From an uncultured Rickettsiales bacterium (lineage in GTDB: Bacteria > Pseudomonadota > Alphaproteobacteria > Rickettsiales > SXRF01): a DNA stretch of 64,000 nucleotides. The DNA lies in the NCBI GenBank assembly GCA_964405685.1, contig CAYOOP010000001.1, positions 270,922-334,921 of the forward strand, read 5' to 3'. Below the pieces are notes generated by a model. It was not told where the DNA came from. It worked only from the letters and a program-made list of their open reading frames with translations, and ran no database searches. Of the stretch, positions 56,175 to 62,739 are shown piece by piece (the first letter of the stretch is position 1; each line of letters opens with the position of its first letter). The translations under genes were made by a program, and so were the position numbers.

Positions 56175-56854
56175 GTATCGATCACGGGCCAGTTCGGATT
56201 TTTGGAATTCATGTCGCGCTCGAACGTCCATTCGTCCTCCACGCGTTCAATGTGCGAGGCGTTGCCTTCAATGATCTTGCCGTCCTTATCGCGCACGACG
56301 GTTACTTGCTCGCTGATGAAGGTTACGGTGATCTGTGCTTTAGGCGCACTGTAATTCGCGGATTTAATAGTAGCGGATTCCACAGCTACCAGCGTGGTTT
56401 CAGTAATGCGATCCGTTTTGGTGCGCGCTTCGGCTTCGCTCAAGAAATGTTTGGCAACATCAGGAGCAAGGAGCATTTCTAGGTTCGAGCGATCGTTTTT
56501 CAAGAACGCATCAAACACCATTTCAAATGCACCCTTAGCACCTCGCAGAAATTCATTCACGCTGAAGTTGAGATCAGCCACGCGCATGGCTTCAATGGCG
56601 CGTTTGCTATCATCGGTCAATTCTTCAGGTAGTGGGAGATCCGCTTTTTGGGCGACTTGTTCTTGTTTGATGGCGCGCAGTTTTTCGGAAAGCTGGATGA
56701 CGATGTCTTCTTTGCGCTTGGCGTCTGGGTTCATGGGTTTGGGCGTGCCGTCAAACCCGGTTTGCTGACCCAAGATGCTGCGCAGGCGCAGTAAAATAAA
56801 CCCAGCAACGAGGGCTAAGATAATAATATCGGCGAAGGGAACGGAAGGAGACAT
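56171..56854 (-). CDS. Tim44-like domain protein
   Basis: N-terminal TM anchor, then a C-terminal Tim44-like fold region (FLRGAKGAFEMVFDAF...W.F.RD). The neighbourhood with mltA is typical of Alphaproteobacteria. Confidence 0.72.
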   Translation of the reverse strand: MSPSVPFADIIILALVAGFILLRLRSILGQQTGFDGTPKPMNPDAKRKEDIVIQLSEKLRAIKQEQVAQKADLPLPEELTDDSKRAIEAMRVADLNFSVNEFLRGAKGAFEMVFDAFLKNDRSNLEMLLAPDVAKHFLSEAEARTKTDRITETTLVAVESATIKSANYSAPKAQITVTFISEQVTVVRDKDGKIIEGNASHIERVEDEWTFERDMNSKNPNWPVIDT

Positions 56855-56940
56855 ACGGGCAGTATATAGGCCAAGAACAGCGAACCGCAAGAGCAATTCT
56901 GGCGTTGCGTGAGAGCCTGTCTCCCGCTAGGCTTCTACGC

Positions 56941-57870
56941 ATGTCCGCCATTTCTGTTTCCCATTTACAAAAAACCTATCTCACCAAAAAAGGCCCGCCC
57001 AAAGAAGCGCTGAAAGGCGTCTCGCTCGAGGTGCCGGAAGGTTCGTTTTTTGCCCTGCTTGGGCCCAATGGCGCTGGGAAATCGACCCTGATTAATATCC
57101 TGGCTGGCCTGGTTATTAAAACGGCGGGTGAGGCAAAGGTGATGGGGTTTGATATTGAAAAAGACATGTTTCAGGCACGCACTAACCTCGGTGTGGTGCC
57201 GCAGGAATTGGTGCTGGATACGTTTTTTACGGTGCGCCAAGCGCTTGATATCCATGCCGGTTATTACGGTGTGCCCAAGGAAAAACGCCGCACACAGGAA
57301 ATTATTGACGCGATGGGGCTTGGTGATAAAGCCGATATTCATGCGCGCCGCCTTTCGGGCGGTATGCGCAGGAGGCTTTTGGTAGCCAAGGCTTTGGTGC
57401 ATTCGCCAAAGGTCTTGATTTTGGATGAGCCGACAGCCGGGGTAGACGTAGAACTGCGCGAACAGTTGTGGGCGTATGTGCGTAATCTCAATACAAACGG
57501 CACCACCGTGCTGCTAACTACGCACTATCTCGAAGAAGCCGAAGAATTGTGCGACCAGATTGCGATCATCAATCACGGCGAGGTGGTGGCCAATGATAAA
57601 AAGACGACGTTGCTGCAGGGGTTTGATAGCAAGGAATGCGTTATTACTCTTAGCAATCCTATTGCAGATCTACCTGAAAAACTCAAACAAGCGGGTGCAG
57701 AACTGACGCCTGATGGCATGTTGCTGGTTCACTATAAACCCAGTAAAACCGTGATCGGTGATATGATCGCGCTGATACAAGCCGAAGGGTTTCACATCCG
57801 CGATATTACTACCGAGCAGGCGAGGCTCGAAGAAGTGTTCAAGCACCTCACGAGTAAAAAAGCAGCTTAA
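56941..57870 (+). CDS. ABC transporter ATP-binding protein (ABC-2/DrrA-like)
   Basis: Walker A GPNGAGKST, signature LSGGMRRR and Walker B ILDEPTAG. No permease gene is adjacent. Confidence 0.88.
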   Translation: MSAISVSHLQKTYLTKKGPPKEALKGVSLEVPEGSFFALLGPNGAGKSTLINILAGLVIKTAGEAKVMGFDIEKDMFQARTNLGVVPQELVLDTFFTVRQALDIHAGYYGVPKEKRRTQEIIDAMGLGDKADIHARRLSGGMRRRLLVAKALVHSPKVLILDEPTAGVDVELREQLWAYVRNLNTNGTTVLLTTHYLEEAEELCDQIAIINHGEVVANDKKTTLLQGFDSKECVITLSNPIADLPEKLKQAGAELTPDGMLLVHYKPSKTVIGDMIALIQAEGFHIRDITTEQARLEEVFKHLTSKKAA

Positions 57871-57877
57871 ACACATC

Positions 57878-57963
57878 GTCATTCCCGCGTAGGCGGGGAC
57901 CCATTCGCGATACAATATGATTTGTCTTTTGCGAGTAGATTCCTGACCTCACCCGGGGATGAT
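57878..57963. repeat. Intergenic element with GTCATTCCC...GGGGATGAT terminal inverted repeats (family copy 3)
   Basis: Starts GTCATTCCCGC-GTAG-GCGGGGA (hairpin) and ends CCGGGGATGAT. Lies between the convergent ABC ATPase gene and cysK. Confidence 0.45.
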
Positions 57964-57965
57964 GG

Positions 57966-58910
57966 CTAAGATATAAACAAATCCGTGCTCAAATAGCGCT
58001 CGGCGCTGGAAGCAGCGATTGCGACAATGCGCTTGCCTTTCATTTCCGGGCGGGCAGCGATTTTGAGTGCTGCCGCGATCGCAGCACCAGAAGAAATGCC
58101 GACGGGCAAGCCCTCCAGTTTCGCAACTTTGCGGGCGACATCAAAGGCTTCCTCATTGGTAATTTGGATGACTTCGTCGATCAATTCGCGTTTTAAAATC
58201 GCAGGCACGAATCCTGCACCGATGCCTTGAATTTTATGCTGGCCGGGCGCACCGCCGGAAAGAATGGGGCTGCCGGCAGGTTCCACGGCAACGATTTGAA
58301 TCGCCACATTGCGGTTTTTGAGTGCGTTGCCGACGCCGGTAAGCGTGCCGCCGGTACCTACCCCAGTGACGAATACGTCCACCTTCCCACCCGTATCATG
58401 CCAAATTTCCTCCGCCGTGGTGCGTTCGTGAATTGCGGGATTGGCGGGGTTTTCAAATTGTTGGAGCATGAGTGCATGGGGATTGCTCGCAACCATCTCC
58501 TGTGCGCGGGCAATGGCTGCTTTCATACCGCCGGTAGCGGGCGTAAGTTCCAGGTTAGCGCCCAAGTGGGTTAGTATTTTGCGGCGCTCAAGTGACATGG
58601 TCTCCGGCATACAAATAGTGAGCTTGTAGCCCTTGGCCGCGCAGATGAAAGCGAGCGCAATACCGGTGTTACCGGAAGTGGGCTCTACGAGTAGTGTATC
58701 CTTCGTAAGTCTGCCGCTACGTTCTGCCGCTTCAATCATCGAATAAGCAATGCGGTCTTTGATGGAAGAAAGCGGATTGAAAAACTCGCATTTGACCAAT
58801 ACTTCACCCGGCAAATTTTTAGCCAGTGCGTTCAAACGCACGAGCGGCGTGTTGCCGATCGTGTCCACTATCGAATCATACACCTTGCCCCGAAGAGGCT
58901 TATCAAGCAT
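57966..58910 (-). CDS. cysK: Cysteine synthase A (O-acetylserine sulfhydrylase)
   Basis: [20 protein letters not shown] (PLP Lys), EPTSGNTG and GTGGT motifs. Confidence 0.95.
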   Translation of the reverse strand: MLDKPLRGKVYDSIVDTIGNTPLVRLNALAKNLPGEVLVKCEFFNPLSSIKDRIAYSMIEAAERSGRLTKDTLLVEPTSGNTGIALAFICAAKGYKLTICMPETMSLERRKILTHLGANLELTPATGGMKAAIARAQEMVASNPHALMLQQFENPANPAIHERTTAEEIWHDTGGKVDVFVTGVGTGGTLTGVGNALKNRNVAIQIVAVEPAGSPILSGGAPGQHKIQGIGAGFVPAILKRELIDEVIQITNEEAFDVARKVAKLEGLPVGISSGAAIAAALKIAARPEMKGKRIVAIAASSAERYLSTDLFIS

Positions 58911-59373
58911 TTGCTGCTTCTTTTTGCTTCACGCCGGTAGACCCAAACCCGCCGGTGCCGCGTGCGGTTTCATCCAGGCTTGCAACGGGCGTAAAGGCGC
59001 TTTGCACCACCGGCGCAATCACCATTTGGGCAATGCGCATGCCGCGCTCAATCGTAAAAGGCTCTGCACTTAAATTCACCAAGATTACCTTTACTTCGCC
59101 GCGGTAATCCGCATCAATCGTGCCGGGGGAATTGAGTACCGTAATGCCGTTTTTGGCAGCCAGACCCGAACGTGGACGCACCTGTGCCTCAAACCCTTCG
59201 GGCAACGCCATCGCAAACCCACACGGCACCAGCGCGCGCTCCATAGGCCTCAGCGTCATCGGCGCATCAATCGCTGCGGGCAAATCCAGCCCGGCGCTGT
59301 GAGAAGTGGCATACGCCGGAAGCGGCAGGCCTTCGCCGTGGGGAAACACTGTAATACGAGTAGTTATGTCCAT
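58903..59373 (-). CDS. dut: dUTP diphosphatase
   Basis: [31 protein letters not shown] and GFGSTG. I chose internal ATG 59373. Confidence 0.93.
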   Translation of the reverse strand: MDITTRITVFPHGEGLPLPAYATSHSAGLDLPAAIDAPMTLRPMERALVPCGFAMALPEGFEAQVRPRSGLAAKNGITVLNSPGTIDADYRGEVKVILVNLSAEPFTIERGMRIAQMVIAPVVQSAFTPVASLDETARGTGGFGSTGVKQKEAANA

Positions 59374-60095
59374 TGTTCGATAATCTTTCGTGTAAGTTGT
59401 TCGGCGATTTTTTTCTTGCTGCCGTGCCAGGTTTCTGACGTGTCGGCGGTTATCCATAGCACCGTTGTTGCCTCAGCATCAAATATTTTTCCGTCCGAAA
59501 CGTCATTGGCAATCATCCAATCGCAGCCTTTGGCTTTGCGTTTTTGCTTAGCACGTGCCTCCAACTGTTCTGTCTCGGCTGCAAAACCAATCACCAGCTT
59601 GGGGCGCGGATTGCTTCTGGCGATGGCTTTTAAAATATCCGGGTTTTGCACCAGTTCTATGGCAGGCGCTGCATCTGTTTTCTTGATTTTCTGACGCGCT
59701 ACTTTCTTAGGCCGCCAGTCCGAAACCGCCGCTGCGCTGATGAAAATATCAACGGGCAATACGCTTTTGCACGCCGCCAGCATCTCTTTGGCGGTCGTCA
59801 CCTTAATCACACTCAATTGTTTCGGATCCGGAATGGAAACTGGGCCGGAGACCAAAATAACCTCCGCGCCTGCATCGCGCAGCGCCTCCGCAATCGCATG
59901 GCCTTGCTTGCCGGAGGAACGATTGCCAAGAAAACGCACAGGATCCAGCGGTTCGTGCGTGGGGCCGCTGGTGACGAGTACTTTTAAGCCTTTCAAGGAG
60001 TTCATACCCTTAAGAATATCATCGTAGCCTTCGGACTTTGCAAGCGCATTATGATTGTATTTTATATTTGACATTATGTATTTTATATCATACAA
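59364..60095 (-). CDS. coaB: Phosphopantothenate-cysteine ligase (CoaB domain as a separate ORF)
   Basis: [37 protein letters not shown] and GFAAET motifs of the Dfp C-terminal domain. The start codon is uncertain (candidates 60095, 60074, 60005). Confidence 0.85.
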   Translation of the reverse strand: MYDIKYIMSNIKYNHNALAKSEGYDDILKGMNSLKGLKVLVTSGPTHEPLDPVRFLGNRSSGKQGHAIAEALRDAGAEVILVSGPVSIPDPKQLSVIKVTTAKEMLAACKSVLPVDIFISAAAVSDWRPKKVARQKIKKTDAAPAIELVQNPDILKAIARSNPRPKLVIGFAAETEQLEARAKQKRKAKGCDWMIANDVSDGKIFDAEATTVLWITADTSETWHGSKKKIAEQLTRKIIEQWT

Positions 60096-60096
60096 T
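60068..60096 (+). promoter_or_regulatory. Sigma-70-like promoter for the toxin-antitoxin pair, embedded in operator-like repeats
   Basis: TTGACA (60068-60073), a 17-nt spacer, then TACAAT (60091-60096), 6 nt before ATG 60103. Flanked by the inverted repeat GATTGTAT/ATACAATC and two TGTATTTTATAT direct repeats 21 bp apart. Confidence 0.5.
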
Positions 60097-60102
60097 CAAA
60101 CG

Positions 60103-60399
60103 ATGTTCCAAATCCTTCAAACGACAGTGTTTGAAAAATGGTTGCGCGGTATGAGGGACAGGCGGGCGAAAGATCGTATCCTCGCGCGCCTGGTGCGTAT
60201 GGGTGCAGGAAACCTTGGGGACGTGAAGTCCGTGGGCGAGGGTGTAACCGAGGCGCGTATTGACTATGGGCCGGGCTATCGCCTCTATTTTATTCGCCAC
60301 AAGAAGACCGTGCTGGTGATGCTGGGTGGAGGAGATAAATCCTCACAAGCCAGAGATATTAAACGCGCCAAGGAATTGGCGAAGGGATGGGAGATATAA
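60103..60399 (+). CDS. Type II toxin, RelE/HigB superfamily ('addiction module killer protein' type)
   Basis: FEKWLRGMRDRRAKDRILARLVRMGAGNLGDVKSVGEGVTEARIDYGPGYRLYF....VLVMLGGGDKSSQARDIKRAKELA matches the killer-protein family pattern I recall (GN.GD.K.VGEGV.E.RID.GPGYR.YF, GGDKS.Q..DI..A). Confidence 0.85.
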   Translation: MFQILQTTVFEKWLRGMRDRRAKDRILARLVRMGAGNLGDVKSVGEGVTEARIDYGPGYRLYFIRHKKTVLVMLGGGDKSSQARDIKRAKELAKGWEI

Positions 60400-60690
60400 G
60401 TGATGAAAAAAACAAAAACCACCGTATTCGATGCAGCCGATTACCTCAAAACCGAACGCGATATGCTGGGGTTTTTAAGCGCCTGTTTTGAAGAAGCGGG
60501 GGATGATGCCGCCTATATTGCCGCTGCACTCGGCGTGGTTGCGCGCGCTAAGGGAATGACAAAACTGGCCAAAGAAACCGGCGTCACCCGTGCAGCGCTT
60601 TACCACGCACTGTCTAAAAAGGGGAATCCTGAATTCAGCACCGTGCTCAAGGTGATTCACGCGCTGGGCCTGAAACTGCAGGTGGCGTAA
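60400..60690 (+). CDS. Type II antitoxin, HTH 'addiction module antidote protein' (HigA-like)
   Basis: FDAADYLKTERDMLGFLSACFEEAGDDAAYIAAALGVVARAKGMTKLAKETGVTRAALYHALSKKGNPEFSTVLKVIHALGLKL is the family pattern. Abuts the toxin stop (GTG 60400 / ATG 60403). Confidence 0.85.
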   Translation: MMKKTKTTVFDAADYLKTERDMLGFLSACFEEAGDDAAYIAAALGVVARAKGMTKLAKETGVTRAALYHALSKKGNPEFSTVLKVIHALGLKLQVA

Positions 60691-60695
60691 AGCTT

Positions 60696-61109
60696 TTAGC
60701 GGGTCAATTGATTGGGAGAATCTTGTGCCACACGGTCACGGTGTGTGGTGGTTTCGACATGCGGCGTTTCATTCATGGGGGTGGGGTAACGGATTTCTTC
60801 GGCACCAAGTGCAGTGCGCTGCTTTTCGATTTCGGCGGCCTTATTTCTGCTGCTAAACCAAGATATCAAACCAGTAACTCCCCCAGCCAACCCTACCCAC
60901 GTAGCAACCGTATAAAATCCCATTCTGAAAGAAGACGGGGTTTTGTTCTTGAGTGTTTCTAGCTCCTTAACCGCACTCCCTGCAGCAGTGACTAAGGCAC
61001 CAGTCATTATTTGGCTATTTGAAGTATTCATATCATTACGCGTCTGCTCGGCTTGTTTTGCAAGTTTGTCGCGTTCAACGTCTAGCGGTGTTTCGTATAT
61101 TTTTGCCAT
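60696..61109 (-). CDS. Hypothetical protein with a central hydrophobic segment
   Basis: 137-aa ORF between coaC and the TA pair, on the coaC strand. Contains GFYTVATWVGLAGGVTGLISWF, a TM-like stretch. No family recognised. Confidence 0.45.
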   Translation of the reverse strand: MAKIYETPLDVERDKLAKQAEQTRNDMNTSNSQIMTGALVTAAGSAVKELETLKNKTPSSFRMGFYTVATWVGLAGGVTGLISWFSSRNKAAEIEKQRTALGAEEIRYPTPMNETPHVETTTHRDRVAQDSPNQLTR

Positions 61110-61153
61110 TCGATCAGTTTAACTAGGTCTGCAGGGCTTTAATAGTGAAAGTT

Positions 61154-61678
61154 TTATGACAGAATCGCTTTCACAATCGCTTCCGGTTCACTCATGCGGC
61201 CGAAGCCCTCTTCCCCGCACGCAAGATCACCCTTGGCGGGGGCAATGATTTTTACACCATCTGCTTCAATTTGCTTGATATTGCGCTGGGTGGCCTTGTG
61301 TTCCCACATAGCCGCATTCATCGCCGGGGCCACAAAAATGGGGCAGCGGGCAGCAAGCAGCGCACAACTCGCCAGATCATCGGCCACGCCATGCGCCATT
61401 TTGGCGACGATATCGGCAGAAGCTGGAGCTACAAGTACACAGTCGGCCTCTCGAGAAAGGCGGATATGACCCATTTCCACTTCGTCTTTAAGGCTAAATA
61501 TGTCTTGATATACAGGGTGTTCAGAAAGTGCCGCGACACTTAATGGGGTTACAAATTCAGCCCCTCCGCGCGTTAAAATACAACGCACTTGCACTCCCCG
61601 CTTTTTCAGCAAGCGGATGATTTCAAGCGATTTATAGGCAGCAATGCTGCCGGTGATGATGAGCAAAATAGATTTCAT
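61154..61678 (-). CDS. coaC: Phosphopantothenoylcysteine decarboxylase (CoaC flavoprotein domain as a separate ORF)
   Basis: ILLIITGSIAAYKSLEIIRLL, VAPASADIVAKMAHGVADDL, APAMN..MW, and LACGEEGFGRMSEP at the end. This matches the Dfp N-terminal domain and stops where the linker normally starts. Confidence 0.88.
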   Translation of the reverse strand: MKSILLIITGSIAAYKSLEIIRLLKKRGVQVRCILTRGGAEFVTPLSVAALSEHPVYQDIFSLKDEVEMGHIRLSREADCVLVAPASADIVAKMAHGVADDLASCALLAARCPIFVAPAMNAAMWEHKATQRNIKQIEADGVKIIAPAKGDLACGEEGFGRMSEPEAIVKAILS

Positions 61679-61698
61679 GACAATTCCAATGACACCCC

Positions 61699-61727
61699 TT
61701 GCAAAACTGCGGTAATGCTAGTATATT
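61699..61727 (+). promoter_or_regulatory. Candidate promoter of the tmRNA gene
   Basis: TTGCAA (61699-61704), a 17-nt spacer, then TATATT (61722-61727), upstream of the tRNA-like acceptor piece. Confidence 0.4.
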
Positions 61728-61732
61728 AGTAG

Positions 61733-62058
61733 CTGTCACGCAAGTGGCTATGGCAATAAACGCTGCTTAGAATAGACGATTTGGACCCGGGGGCAGAGCC
61801 CGGCATCTCCACCTGATCCGGCAAAGCCGGATCAGGTGGGGATGAATCAGTTTCGACAGACGTAATAAAAATTCAGTTTTTGCCAAGCATGACACCGCTT
61901 TAAAGGGTCATTTTATAAATGCTAACGACAACGTTGCATTTGTTGCTGCTAACGACAACAACGTCGCTGCAGTTGCTGTAGCTGCCTAAGTGGCACTTCA
62001 GTAGCTCTTAGCTCAACGCGGTTTGGGGTGTACCGGGCAACAGAAACACCCCACTTTT
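61733..62058 (+). ncRNA. ssrA: Two-piece (circularly permuted) tmRNA gene: acceptor piece, excised hairpin, coding piece
   Basis: The upstream piece ends GGAC-CCGGG-GGCAGAG-CCCGG-CATCTCC-A-CC (T-arm plus 3' acceptor strand, to 61813). A hairpin spacer ACCTGATCCGGC-AAA-GCCGGATCAGGT follows. The downstream piece starts GGGGATG (61838) and pairs with CATCTCC, giving a G3:U70 wobble. Then come the UUCGAC motif and a tag ORF GCT AAC GAC AAC ... GCT GCC TAA. The 5' boundary is approximate. Confidence 0.8.
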
Positions 62059-62059
62059 T
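62025..62059 (+). terminator. Putative intrinsic terminator at the end of the tmRNA coding piece
   Basis: GGGGTGT-(14-nt loop)-ACACCCC followed by ACTTTTTA. Confidence 0.5.
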
Positions 62060-62259
62060 ACCCCATAAACTCTACTGCGCCTAACAAGCGCTTTGTTTTC
62101 TGCGCTTCCGCTGCGCATGTACGCTTACGTACATTTGCGCTGCGGTTCTCGAAAGCCTCGCTTCTTGTTAGACGGCGCAGCGAGTTTCTGAAGTAAAAAG
62201 CGTTCCTATCCTCACCGATTGACTCTTGTATCTTACTCAAATTCCGGTACAATAAACCC

Positions 62260-62736
62260 ATGAGCGAAGACCAAATCCACTATTCTGAACTGATTGACAC
62301 CGCGATGCGTGGTGTCGTGCGCGAGGTGTTGCGCAAGATTCATAAAACTGGTCTGCCGGGTCAGCACCATTTTTATATTACGTTTTATACCAACCATCCG
62401 GATGTAGAAGTCTCTGAGTCGCTCAAAGTGCGCTATCCACGCGAGATGACGATTGTCCTGCAGCACCAGTTCTGGGATTTTGCGGTGGAAGACACATATT
62501 TTACCGTGACGCTAAGCTTCGGCGGCATTCCGGAAAAATTGGTAATTCCGTATGCAGCACTCGCAGCCTTTGCCGATCCAAGCATCAAATTCGGCCTGCA
62601 GTTCCAAACGAAGTGGGACGCGGCGGCTCTGCCTACCAGCCCACTGACATACGAGAACGAATCCAAGACTGAGCCCGCGGAAGAAGACGTTGGCTCTGCA
62701 GAAATCATCTCGCTCGACGCATTCCGCAAGAAATAA
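62260..62736 (+). CDS. sspB: ClpXP adaptor SspB (alphaproteobacterial type)
   Basis: MRGVVREVLRKIHKTGLPGQHHFYITF.T..P.V..S..L...YP.EMTIVLQHQFWD..V....F.V.LSF.G.PE.L.IPY.A...F.DPS..FGLQF matches the SspB family pattern. It has an acidic tail ending in a short basic motif. Confidence 0.8.
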   Translation: MSEDQIHYSELIDTAMRGVVREVLRKIHKTGLPGQHHFYITFYTNHPDVEVSESLKVRYPREMTIVLQHQFWDFAVEDTYFTVTLSFGGIPEKLVIPYAALAAFADPSIKFGLQFQTKWDAAALPTSPLTYENESKTEPAEEDVGSAEIISLDAFRKK

Positions 62737-62739
62737 GCC

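Noticed and set aside
62058-62261. 67-aa minus-strand ORF between ssrA and sspB.
   Set aside because: It is antisense to the tmRNA terminator and covers the inverted-repeat element. No ribosome-binding site or family signal is visible. I treat the region as structured non-coding DNA.
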